In this document: one piece after another, positions 1 to 18,683 of the stretch
Numbering within the stretch: position 1 is the first letter of the stretch
Layout: each line of letters starts with the position of its first letter
Source: the human T2T-CHM13v2.0 reference genome, Homo sapiens
DNA length: 64,000 bases
Direction: 5' to 3' (one strand)
Assembly: GCF_009914755.1 (NCBI RefSeq)
Contig: NC_060928.1
Translations under genes and position numbers: made by a program
Notes under the pieces: model-generated
Seen by the model: only the letters and a program-made list of their open reading frames with translations
What the model was told of the DNA's origin: nothing
The model's database searches: none

Positions 1-796
1 AATGTTTTGTCTCATTCACTGCCAAAAGTCTGCTTCACCCACCCAGTATTGAAGTAATAAAACATCTATTTATAGACAGATCAGCACTGATCTCATTCTG
101 TGATGTCTTTATGAAAGTAATGGTAATAGAAGATCAATGTAAGTAGTTTTATAAAAGTATGAAAATTTAGAAAAAGAAAATCATTTACCCATATCTCTAT
201 CTCAATTTAAAATGTGTACCATTTCATTATGGGTTTAATTCTATTTATATAACTCAATGTACATATGTGATGTTTATTTAGAAAATTTTATTCTCATTGT
301 ATATGCCTTTTTATTCTACAAAAAAACTGTGATCTTGTTCTACTCATCATTTTGTTCCTTAGTTTCCAACTATACCTGTACCACGGCTGACAGTGTAATT
401 AAACATTGTTTTGAAAAAAGGATTGTAATGGCTTGGTATGCACATTATGTAAGTTTTTAACCATTTCTTAATGTAAGATATTTGAATTATTTCCAGAGTT
501 TTTTTAATGAGTATTTGCTACCGATATTGAATCTTACCATCATGATTTATTCTCTGTACAGTTTCATGTGAGTATATTATAAAGGCAATGCCTATATGCA
601 TTTTTCAAACACTTGATACTTTTTGGCAAGAGTCTTATTCTTTTGAAATATACAAACATTATCTGAGAATCTAATACATAATGGAAAAGCAAGCAAATTT
701 GTCGCAACAATTATTTTGTGTACAAAAGAATTAGAGAATCAGTTTCACAATTATTTACTTGGATTCAAGTCTACCTTCTGCAAGTTAACAACAACG

Positions 797-1031
797 GAGG
801 CTCACACTTGTAATCCCAGCACTTTGGGAGGCTGAGGCATGTGGATCACCTGAGGTCAGGAGTTCAAGACCAGCCTGGCCAACATGGTGAAACTCTGTCT
901 CTACTAAAAACACAAAGATTAGTCAGATGTGTTGGCAGGTGCCTGTAATCCCAGCTACTCGGGAGGCTGAGGCAGGAGAATCAGATCGCTTGAACCTGGG
1001 GGGTGGAGGTTTCAGTGAGCCGAGATCATGC
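797..1031 (+). mobile_element. AluS, 3'-truncated, no A tail
   Basis: ggctcacacttgtaatcccagc...gagccgagatcatgc, then intron sequence resumes. Confidence 0.9.
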
Positions 1032-1721
1032 TAGTATCAGTAATAATCACTATTGTACTACTAGTCATTTATCCCTTGTCCTTATTCTGCTACTCTCTTC
1101 CCCCTGCTACTGGCACTATCACTTTCTTTTAATGTGAGTGAGGAATTTTTTTTTGAGAATAAGATAAGAGTACACAGAATTACCTTTTAAGCTAGAATAT
1201 TAATGAAGAGCCTCCACCTTTACAATACAACTTTAGCTTTCCAGCTTGTTCAACTGACTGCCCAAACTTAAACATTTACATTTAAACAAGTACACAGAGT
1301 ATCTGTTCTCTAGGACTTTGCTAGAGAATATAATCTTGATGTGTTGGAAAATCAATCACTATTAAATGAAGACTGATATCTTAAATGGCTGGCACATGTT
1401 AGCTAATTTAAAGTATTAAAAATAATGACTGAAATAATCATAATATCAACAATATTTTTGGATCACTGGCTGTGTGTCAGAGACAACTTAAGTGTTTTAT
1501 CTGTGGTAACTACTTTTTTTCCACACAGCACAATATGAAGTTGTGATTATTATTATAAAAGTAGTCATGATTGCTTAAACTCATGTAAAAGTTCCTAAAT
1601 GATCTTTACATTTTACAAACTTGCCTTTTTGCAATATTATACATTGGGAATATTGGGATTTTTTAAAAGGAAATCTGATCATATCTCTTCATTTCTTAAC
1701 TCTTTTCACTCTTTTCAGTAG

Positions 1722-2497
<776 letters not shown>

Positions 2498-3061
2498 TCT
2501 GGTTTTCTTTTTGGGTGTTTATCAACCCCTCATCGTTTCACCTATCTCTGCACATTATTGAGTACTCACTTTAATTGTCAATGAGTTTGGGATCTCTTCT
2601 GCATATTTCTTTATCATTGTGGTCTTTCCTTATAACACTTTTTAGACTTTTCTTTTTCACTTGTTTTTATTCTATCTTTCAAAGTACAATGTAAGGCATG
2701 AGGGAGCAGAAACTGTGCTACCTTTATTCTCTGAAAATCCAGCACTTACCTGTGGTTTGTATTAATCACTCTACAAATATTTTTTGAAGAAATGAATCAT
2801 ACTATCTTTTGGGTGGCACAATGAAGGCCTTACTTTAACCAACCCTGTTTTCAAAATCTCCCTAGTAAACCTCTTTGGTCTTTAATGATAATAACATTCA
2901 CATACTTGTGATACTACAGAAATATATGATTTTCTAATGGCAAGTCCTTGTTTTTGACCTCCCATATTCCCCTCACTCTGAGTTAAACACTCTGAAAGAA
3001 ACATATCCAGCCATTCCTTCTGAAAATGTCAAGCAAACAAATGAAACAAGAATACATTTAC

Positions 3062-3210
3062 CTTAGGCAGGGGTTTGGCTGGTTTACAGTGAAGTCCTCC
3101 AACAAAATCAACATTTGGTAAGAATGGGCGAGGAAATTCAAAATCCCAATAGGTTCGAATGAGCCACATTTCAGCTTTCCCCATTGTCTCAAATAATGTA
3201 GTGGGTCTTC
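3062..3210 (-). CDS. UGT2B15: UGT2B15 coding exon 2, 149 bp
   Basis: Acceptor ttccatcag|GA; peptide (G)[49 protein letters not shown]; donor AAG|GTAAAT; phase matches exon 1. Confidence 0.97.
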
Positions 3211-3513
3211 CTGATGGAAAAAAACAAAACAAAACAAAAGGTAGCTAACACGAGAATTGTTATTTGAATATGCAGGTATTTTCCTGAAAGGACTTGGAAT
3301 AACATACCCAAACATATATAAAATGTCTGTGCATTGATAAAATATATATAAATACATTTATATATAGTCATAATTTAGATTTTATTTATTGCATATGTTG
3401 CTCATATGTATATATAAGGAAGGCAATGTATTCAGAGATCTGTAAGAAGAAATCACATCTTTAATGTAACATCAGTATATTCACAATCATAAATAATTAT
3501 TAAAATAAGTCAC

Positions 3514-3892
3514 TAATATGGTTTGACTGTCCCCACCCAAATCTCCTCTCATCTTGAATTATAATCCCCATAATCCCCATGTGTCCAGGGAGGGACCCAG
3601 TGGCAGGTGATTGGATCATGGTGTGGATTCCTCCATGCTGTTCTCATGATATTGAGTGAGCTCTCATGAGATCTGATAGTTTTATAAGTGTCTGGTATTT
3701 CCCCTGCTTGCACTTCTCTCTCCTGCCACTAAGTGAGAAGATCCAAGCTTGCTTCCCCTTAGCCTTTCACCATGATTCTAAGTTTCTTGAGGCATCCCAG
3801 TCATGTAGAACTGAGTCTATTAAACTTCTTTTCTTTATAAATTACCCAGTCTCAGGTATTTCTTTACAGCAGTGTGAGAATGGACTAATGTA
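3514..3892 (+). mobile_element. MaLR solo LTR (MSTA/THE1D-like) in UGT2B15 intron 1
   Basis: taatatggtttgactgtccccacccaaatctc...ggactaatgta; 5-bp TSD gtcac/gccac; absent from the paralogous intron near 25300. Confidence 0.88.
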
Positions 3893-4916
3893 GCCACTAT
3901 GAACTTAAATACACATTTGTCTTCCCTCTGAAGCTGCAATAGTAACAAATATACCTTTAAACAACTCTTTCAGTTCCACAATTAATTCATCTTACCTTAC
4001 CCATGAAAACAGCTTTCCAGGAAGTACTCTAGTGTCTACAGTTTATTAAGCTAGTCCCTTGATCCTTGGTTCTCAAAGTAAACCATGAGTTTTTTGAGCT
4101 CAACACTGAAATCTTTACACCTACTACTGTCTTGGTTCATCTTAAGATCTTAATATAATTAGATTTTTAAAATAAATATATTTACAAATGAGAATTAAAA
4201 CATTTTCAGAATTTATTGACATAGAGATATGTGCTCTCCCTTAATTAGGCCCCTATTTTCTTTGATGGAGAGATGCAGTTTAATAAAATATAGATTAAAA
4301 CTTAGATGTTCACTTTCAACAAGATTTCAGTTTTTGAAAGAAATAATTGTCAACCTGTTATTGAAGGAATGTATAAACATTAGAAATCTCAAGTTTTAGG
4401 CTTCTGTTTCTGGAGTAGAGCCACTATATTACTCAACTGTGAAGGAATCCTTCTTACATGAAAAACAAAATTTAATTTCTAAATGAGGAAACTGAGGAAC
4501 TCAAAGAGAAACAAATTCCTCAATCCTGCATTGATAATTTTTCTAGAAATATGTGTAAATACTAAATTTATGTGTCTGCCTTCATGAAGATGTTTCTTGA
4601 GGTATCTATTGACTTTTTTTAAAGATGAAAAAATGTATAGCAAAATGATATGTGATAGTTTAAAGAAATCATTAGTGCTTTACAATGAAGGTTTATGACT
4701 CTCTGGGTGTCCTGTAGTAGTGATGGCCCCAGGGTTCTAACTGATTCTATAAGGTCAACATTCTATAATATTTTTGAGACTGATAGATCATCTTACATTT
4801 GCAATTCATAATTTCCCTTAAAAACACTATCTTCTGACATTATATTTATATAAGCTCACCTTCAAAGGCACAGAAAAGTTAGAACTTAATAAGCACCAGT
4901 TAGACACATGACTTAC

Positions 4917-5640
4917 CTAGAACTTCACTATAAAACTGGTCCCACTTCTTCAGATCATAAATTTGAAACCAAAAGTCAAAATAAAGCATATGTATCATAT
5001 TTTTTATCCTCTCCATGAAAATCATTTGATCACTTAATTCTGACATAACAACAGGTACATAGGAAGGAGGGAACAGAAATCCTCCACCATTCTTCTCAAA
5101 TGTGTAGCCAACAGAGAATCGAAGACTGTACAGAAAGGGTATGTTAAATAGTTCAGCCAGTAGCTCACCACAGGGATTAAGGGCATCTGCCAGAATGACA
5201 TCAAACTTTGACTCTTGTAGTTTCATCATAAGTTTCTTATTCAAAACTGCATCTTTACAGAGCTTGTTACTGTAGTCATAATATTCCCAACACAATTCTT
5301 GTAATTGTGAAAAATATGACCAAAATGTATTTTTTGAAACACCATATATCCATCTATCGAGAATTTTCAGAAGAGAATCTTCCAAATAATTTTTAGTTAA
5401 AGATGTAGGATAAACTTCTAATTTAATAGCAGATGATTTACTGGCATTGACAAGAGTAGAAGCCGAAGATGTCAACACAGTCACCTCATGACCCCTCTGA
5501 ACAAGCTCTTCCAGGATTGTCTTCATATTTATCCAATGGCTGTATTCTGTGGGCCACACTAGCACCTTTCCACAGCTTCCAGAGCTAAAGTAACAACTGA
5601 GCTGTATCAGCAGAAAGACTGACGTCCATTTCAGAGACAT
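4917..5640 (-). CDS. UGT2B15: UDP-glucuronosyltransferase 2B15, coding exon 1 (signal peptide and aglycone-binding domain), 724 bp
   Basis: ATG at 5640 gives [36 protein letters not shown]. The segment [21 protein letters not shown]...[11 protein letters not shown] matches UGT2B15 rather than UGT2B17. Donor G|GTAAGT at 4917/4916. Confidence 0.97.
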
Positions 5641-5697
5641 CCTGGTCTTATGCAATGCTTCTTTTCCAGTTGTTGTTTCTTTCTGTCATTTCTCATA

Positions 5698-5736
5698 CTT
5701 ATATCTGAGGAAAAATCAATCAAGTTAAAATATAAC
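5698..5736 (-). promoter_or_regulatory. UGT2B15 core promoter: TATA-like box, Pbx site and HNF1 site
   Basis: On the minus strand: GATATAAG about 5698-5705, TGATTGAT 5715-5722, HNF1-like GTTATATTTTAAC 5724-5736. This arrangement is established for UGT2B15/17 promoters. Confidence 0.8.
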
Positions 5737-5811
5737 TGCTAAAATTTGAAGTAAATACATAATACTAACAGTCTGAATAGGTGCATGCCAAGGAGACCAA
5801 CAAAAGATTGA

Positions 5812-6094
5812 TGACCTCATATTTATTTTAGTGTGTTTGGTGTTCTTTTATGTTTACAATTACTCTAGTCAAGCAATAATTTTTATGACCTAGAATATGT
5901 AAGTAACCTGTCTTATGTAATTATTTTATAATACTGTTAAGAACAGTGGCAAGTGAGAGGCTCCTGCCTGTTCGGTGCCCTTGACATAGAGAGAAGAAGT
6001 AATTATACAACTCAAACGGCATTTTTTAATATCGTGGTGCAAGTAATGTCTTCTAAAACTTTGTTGACACATAATTCATATACCATATGACTCA
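5812..6094 (-). promoter_or_regulatory. Proximal FOXA1 / ERE half-site / AP-1 cluster (-172 to -454 from ATG)
   Basis: TGACCTCA 5812-5819, TGTTTAC 5851-5857, TGACC 5886-5890, imperfect ERE GGTGCccTTGACA 5974-5986, TGACTCA 6088-6094. Consistent with the known estrogen/FOXA1-responsive unit. Confidence 0.75.
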
Positions 6095-6301
6095 CCAATT
6101 AGTGTGTACAGTTCAATGTTTCCTAGTATATTCACAGAATTTTACATCCACTACAATAATCAGTATTATCTCCAAAAGATTCTATACAATAGCCTCTAAC
6201 CCCCCACTCTGAAATTTTGCATCCATCCTACCCTAGGCAACCACTAATCTAATTTCTATCTCTATAGATTAGCATTTTCTGGACCCTTTAAAAAATAAAT
6301 G
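6058..6301 (-). mobile_element. Old L1 (L1MB7/8-like) 3' end
   Basis: ttgttgacacataattcatatacc...ggcaaccactaatct...ctatagattagcattttctgg; paralogous to 27760-28010. Confidence 0.7.
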
Positions 6302-6760
6302 AGGGTTTTCCAGTGATCATGGCAGATGGGATGCAGGACTAGATTGCAGCTCCAGACAGAGCAGCATGCAGAGGCTTGCATTGTGAATTTTAGCTGCAGA
6401 TCAACTGCAAGAACAGACCAGCAATTCTGAGAGGATCCACACACCCTCTGCAGGAAGAGTACTGCTCCTGCAGGACCTGGGAGACATCCCAAACACTGTG
6501 AGTGCCCCAACAATGGAAGTGGGAAAGGGTGATCCCCCTCTCCAGAATACACATCCCCACTGGAGAAGCTGAAGTTCTGTTTGCAGGAGAAGTTCCTGAC
6601 TTTATGTGAAGCTGAGTCAAATTAGAGAACCAAGCCAAGCAAAATACAGGGGTAGAGGAAGTAGCAGAAAGGCACTGGGAGCTCTCTGGATACCCAAGCG
6701 GCTCATTCCTGCCTGGCATCACAGGGATCTATCAGGAGGGTGGCCAGTGATGCAGGGGGT
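6302..6760 (+). mobile_element. L1PB-type 5' UTR fragment
   Basis: gatcatggcagatgggatgcaggactagattgcagctcc...; begins right after an A-rich endonuclease-like site tttaaaaaataaat. Confidence 0.7.
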
Positions 6761-7167
6761 TCAAAGATTCTCCTCAGGACCTGAAGGCTTGAAGGGATGA
6801 GTAACTCCTCCCTTCTCAGGCCCAGCCCCAAGATGCAAGACCACTTGCATCAGCAGCGTGTGTCAGCAAGATAGCAGAAGCAGGAAGAGAGCCGGCCAGA
6901 AGACACTTACCCTGGCTGGAAGAGATGTACCCCTGAAGATCAAGAAATAGGCCATCCAGGTACTACATAGCAGTCACAACAGACTGGGACACTTACTGTT
7001 TACAGAGGACTACAAAACCCCTGTCCCATCCTCACTTGGGGCTGATGCCATTTTAGGCCTCAGCCCACCTGCAACCAGGCGTTCATTAAAACAGCATGTT
7101 GCTCCACACCGCCTCCTGTTGTCTGTTGGCGCGCTGTTGGGGTTCAAACTGATTCAAGAACCTTACA
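6761..7167 (+). mobile_element. 5' LTR of a HERV-F-group provirus (LTR21/MER48-like)
   Basis: ATTAAA signal at 7085-7090, ends in CA at 7167, followed directly by a PBS. Confidence 0.8.
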
Positions 7168-7169
7168 TC

Positions 7170-7187
7170 TGGTGCCAAATCCTAGGA
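7170..7187 (+). other. Primer binding site, tRNA-Phe-like
   Basis: TGGTGCCAAATCCTAGGA vs TGGTGCCGAAACCCGGGA, 14/18 identical. Confidence 0.75.
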
Positions 7188-7590
7188 GGGGCTCAGGTCT
7201 GTGTCGCTTGTGGACCTATCCCTCCACCCCAGAGAGCAGGCCACAGCAATTAGACAGAGGAAGCTCCTCAGCCTCCAGTCGCCTCTCTGTGCATGCGCAT
7301 CAGCCACTGATCTCGCCTACTGGTAAGTTTCCCTTGGAGCCCGGTTAACAGGGCAAAATCTACATGGCCTCTCTTGGTTTCTCCAGTCCAAAAATCCAAC
7401 ACTGATCCAAGAAGGCGCCAGCGTGCGCCAGGCACTCGCTGGTCATCTGGTCTTAGGGGGATGCCTCTAAGCCATTTCATCCCGTTCCAGGAACCAAAAA
7501 GGCAGCGGAGACGATAACTCCTTTTATCGTCTCCCTCCAGCTGTCCAGGATGGTCTCCTTTTTCCCTGTTCTCTCGAGCTACCCTTCATT

Positions 7591-9350
7591 ATGGGAAACT
7601 CCCGGTCCTCAATTCCAAAAAACAGCCCTCCAGCCTGCCTCATTAAAAATCTGCAAACCTTAGGCCTCAGGCAAGATATCTGCCATAAGTGCCTTGTCTT
7701 TTTTATACGATAAAGCCTGGTCGCAGTATGAATTAGATAACGGGTCCAAATGGCCCGCAAATGGAACACTCAGCTTTACAGTTTTAACTGACTTAAGCAG
7801 TTATTGCAGATGACTGGGAAAATGGGGAGAAATTCCTTGTGTCCAGGCCTTTTTGCACTCAGATCACAGCCCGACCTCTGCAATTCTTGCTTACCTGTTC
7901 AAATCCTTCTTCATTCTCGCCGCCCTCATTGCCTTTATCCTCCCGACCCTACCTCTTTTTCCTCATTGGATGGAGCAGACTGCTGTCCACCCCTCCCAGA
8001 CCCTACCCCTCCATCTCAACCAACTTCATTAACTCCCCAAGCTTCCTCATTGTCTTCTCAGCCACCATCTTCCCAGCCACCATCTTCCCAGCCAGCATCA
8101 CCCACTTCTTTTCCTATACCATCCTCTCCTCAGGAAAACTCTAGCATTGCCTGTACTCATTCTCCTTCCTTACAGCCCTCTCACGGAGCCTGTAAACCCA
8201 TCCCGCCACCTTACACCCGTATCTATCCTCCAATGCCTATCAACTCAACCCCCCTTCCCTCTTCAAACCCTCAGCAGGAACCCCTTCTGGCTTCTTCCTT
8301 CTCTCCTGCCCATACTAGCTCCGGCACCATCTTTGGCCCATGCCCCACCCGTACTTTAGCGCCAGTGCTAGAATGCCCCCTTCGGGAAGTAGCAGGAACT
8401 GAAGGTATTGTTAGAGTTCATGTTCCCTTCTCCCTCACTGATCTCTCTCAAACTAACAAAAGACTCAGTTCATTTCCAGAAGATCCTACCTCTTATATTA
8501 GGGAGATTCAGTACCTTACTCAGTCTTATGAACTAACCTGGCATGACAGCTACTTATCTTCTCTTCCACCCTCACCCCAGAAGACCAGCACCGTACTTGG
8601 ACCCTAGCTCAGGTGCATGCTAATACAATTCATCATCAAGCTCCTGCCCAGCCTACTGGCACAGAGGCAGTTCCCAACCAGGACCCCCACTGGGATTATC
8701 AAGACAGGGCCTCTGGACACAGCCATCAAGACCTCATGATTATGTGTCTCCTTGCAGGACTCAAAAAGGGTGCCCATAAAGTGGTAAACTATGAAAAACT
8801 TTCAGAAATCACCGAAGGTCCTGACAAAAACCCAGCCCTTTTTCTCTCTTGTTTAACTGAAGCCATGAGAAAATTACCAACCTGGACCCAGCCAGCCCAG
8901 AAGGAACCACTATTTCAAACCTTCAGTTCCTCACCCAATCTACCATGATATTTGGCGCAAGCTTCAGAAGGTTGATGACGGCCCTCAAACCCCACAGTGG
9001 GACCTTCTTAATTTAGCCTTCAAAGTCTTTAACAGTTGTGATGAGGAAAGTAAAAGAAAAAAACAGTTTCCAATGCTTGCCTTTACCCTGCAGGCCCACA
9101 GGGCCACAGCTCCATACAGAAGCCTCCTAGCAAAACACCTCCACCTGGCGCCTGTTTCAAGTGTGGCAATGAAGGCTACTGGTCCAGGCCATGCCCAAAC
9201 CCAGCTGTGCTCACCAGGCTGTGCCCCCTCTGTGGAGGACTCAGTGAAAGTCAGGCTGTGAGCGGCTCCAGCAAGGATCGCCTCCATCCCTTTCCGAGCT
9301 GGCCAAAACCTCCTACTCGGATCTCAACGGCCTTGCCACTAAAGACTGAC
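7591..9350 (+). pseudogene. ERV gag remnant, frameshifted
   Basis: MGNSRSSIPKNSP start at 7591, PPPY late domain about 8203-8214, CPLREVAGTEGIVRVHVPFSLTDL capsid, MHR-like EITEGPDKNPALF, zinc knuckle CFKCGNEGYWSRPCP about 9153-9197 and a second CPLC. Confidence 0.9.
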
Positions 9351-9389
9351 AGTGCCCTGGAACAGATGTCCCAGCAACTACCATTGCTT

Positions 9390-12300
9390 CATCTGAGCCA
9401 AGGGTAACCCTGATGGTGGCAGGTAGGCATGCATGTTTTTTAAAAATTAATATTGGAGCAACCTACTCTGCTTTACCTAAATTTTCAGGACCCACCCAGT
9501 CCTCCCAAGTCTCTGTTGTGGGAATCAATGGACAAGTCTCCAAACCCCAAGACCCCCCTCCACTTTTCTGCTCCCTGAACACCTTTTCCTTCAGTCACTC
9601 TTTCTTAGTCCTGCCTTCATGCCCAGCTCCGCTCCTAGGCAGAGATATTCTTTCAAAACTCCACACTACTCTCCACTTCCACATTCCCCATAGTACCCAA
9701 CACATCAACCCAGACCCCTCCAAGGCTTCTAACAGGCTTCTAACCTTCTTCTACTCCTCCGACCTCCCACCCTGAAACATGCAACTTTTCCTTATCCCCC
9801 ACCTGTAGTTAACCCCACTGTTTGGGATACTTCCACACCCTCGGTCACAGAGCACCACACCCCCATCCACATCACCCTTAAAGAGCCCACCCCGTTCCTA
9901 TCACAGAAGCAGTATCTCATCCCCCAAGCAGCTCTCATAGGCCTAAAGCCTATCATTTCTCTCCTCCTCACCAGTCACCTACTCTGCCCAACAAACTCTC
10001 CTTTTAACACATCAGTTCTACCTGTTAAAAAGCCAGATGGAACTTATCACTTAGTCCAGGACCTCAGGCTCATTAACCAAGCTGTACTCCCAGTGTGTCC
10101 AGTAGTTTCTAACCCATATACTTTACTTTCCTCACTTCCCTCGAATACCACCCACTTTTCTGTTCTAAACCTAAATGATGCTTTTTCACAATTCCTTTAC
10201 ACCCTGATTCCCAAAACCTCTTTGCCTTTACCTGGGAAAACCCCGACACCCACCTTTCAGGTCAGCTCACCTGGTGCGTACTACCTCAAGGTTTTAGAGA
10301 CAGCCCCCACCTTTTTGGACAGGCCCTTGCTAGTAACTTCTGTACTTTATCCCTAAAATCATCCTCTCTTCTTTAATATGTTAATAATCTGCTCCTGTGT
10401 AGCCCCTCTCAAAGAGACTGCAACACCCATACATACTATCTCCCTTTTAAACCTCTTGGCAGAACAGGGGTATCAGGTCTCCCCTAAGAAAGCCCAAATA
10501 TGCACCCCCCAGTCACCTATCTAGGCCTAGCTCTTACCCCTGAATGCAAGGGCTCACAACAGACCACATACTCCCTCCTTCAGTCCCTCCCGCCTCCACA
10601 AACTAAGCAAGAAATTCTCTCTTTTCCAGGATTAGCAGGATATTTTAAGCTCTGGGTTTCCTCCTTCGCTCTACTTACCAAACCGTTGTACCAAGCTGCT
10701 AAAGGCCCTCTCCATGAGCCTTTAAAACCTGCACAGCCTATTACCCAACCTTTCCATCTACTCCAAAAGTCTCTCATCTCAGCCCCCATCCTCACTCTCC
10801 CAGACTTCACCAAACCTTTCTCCCTCTATACCGATGAATGGCGTGGAGTTGCACTAGGTGTTCTAACCCAGTCTAAGGGACCCACCCGGCCAGGTTGTTG
10901 CCTACCTCCCTAAACAGCTTGAAGCCACAGTTCTCGGATGGCCTGCCTGCCCCTGAGCATTGGTGGCAGTTGCTGTCCTCACTCTTAAAAGCCTAAAACT
11001 ATCTCTTCATGCCAACCTAACAGTTTATTCAACCCATAACATCAAAGACATGTTAGCTCACCGCAGTGTACTAAGTCTTTTCTCTGCCCCACGGCTCCTC
11101 CAGCTGTATGCTCTATTCATAGAAACTCCCCACATCACCATGCTAACCACCTCCCATCTAAACCCGGCCATGCTCTTACCCGAAGCTACAACCGCCCAAG
11201 ACTCTTCTTCACACTCTTATGTGTGAATACTGTTCAAACCTTTCTTATACCTTTTCCAAACCTAACAGAAAAATCCCTTCCAGATGCGTCCTTTACTCGG
11301 TTTGTAGATGGCAGCTCCTTCCTACATCAAGGACACCGACATGCTGGCTATGCTATAGTGTCACCCCCCAACACTATTGAAGTCAATCTGCTCCTCTTAG
11401 GCACCACCTCCCAAAAGGCTGAACTCATTGCCCTCACTCGAGCTCTCATTCTAGCATCCGGAAAACAGATCAATATATTCAAATTCTCCTTATGTGTTCC
11501 ACGTAGTGCACTCACACTCATCCATCTGGAAAGAACGGGGTTTCCTCACTGCAAACAATACTGTCATAAGTGGCTCTCTCATCAGCAAGCTCCTTCAAGC
11601 TGCCAGGCTCCCACAGAAAGTTGCCATCATTCATTGCAGGGGCCACCAAACCCCAGACAATCCTAAATTGGCTGGAAATGTGCTAGCAGATCAGGTAGCC
11701 AAACAAGTAGCCCTACTACCCTTTCGAGGCCAGTTGCTGTCCTTGTCCTTGTTCTCTCCTCTTTACTTCTAAGAAGAAAAAGATTTCCAAGCCCAAAACC
11801 TTCAAAAGCAAGGACGATATTATGTCAAGGAAGGGTGCTTAGTTATTCCTCACTCTCAAAGCCTTCCTCACCTCCAAAGCCTCCACAACTCTTTCCATGT
11901 TGGTTAACAACCTCTTGCAGCTTCTCCACGCTATTCTCACTTGTCGTCACTTTTCCAGCCATGTTCAAGAAATTATCCAGTCCTGCTCTATCTGCCACTC
12001 AATGTAACCCCAGGGATCCCTCCAGCCTCTGCCTTTTCATACCCACCAAGCCCAGGGCCAGGTACCTGGGGAAGATTGGCAAGTAGACTTCACTCATATG
12101 CTGCATGATAAATGTCTCTGCTATCTTCTAATCCTTGTCTGTACTTTCTCTGGCTAGGGAGAAGTGTTCCCAACAACTTCAAAAGGTGCAAATATCATCA
12201 CACAAACTCATCATGCATACAGTTCCCTGTTTCAGACTCCCAACATCCATCCAGTCCGATAACAGTCCTGCCTTCATCAGCCACATTACCCGAGGCATCT

Positions 12301-12487
12301 CTACATCCTTAAGAATAAGTAAGTTCTCCACACACCCTACACACCTCAATCTTCAGGCAAAGTTGAAAAAATTAACTCTGTCCTTAAAGCCTAACTCATC
12401 AAGCCGGCTCTAGAAACCTGCGAGTCATGGACAAAAAAATCTCCCTTTTGCCCTCATGAGACTTTGCACAACACCAAAAGCACCCTC
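9390..12487 (+). pseudogene. ERV pro-pol remnant (PR, RT, RNase H, N-terminal IN), cut off in integrase
   Basis: INIGATYS protease; PVKKPDGTYHLVQDLRLIN and [11 protein letters not shown]; FVDGSS, SQKAELIALTRAL and IIHCRGHQ RNase H; WQVDFTH and IQSDNSPAF integrase; many stops and frameshifts. Confidence 0.92.

Positions 12488-18683
<6,196 letters not shown>

Noticed and set aside
4917-5640. Assignment as UGT2B17
   Set aside because: Diagnostic residues ([38 protein letters not shown]) fit UGT2B15.
5641-5655. N-terminal extension MHKTR in the ORF track
   Set aside because: Starts at TTG; the real start is ATG 5640. The C-terminal KSCV is intron read-through.
5648-5689. 13-codon upstream ORF (ATG 5689 to TAA 5648)
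   Set aside because: The ATG is only about 10 nt below the TATA-like box, so probably upstream of the main transcription start.
7804-8607. 267-aa proline/serine-rich ORF as a novel gene
   Set aside because: Internal piece of frameshifted ERV gag.
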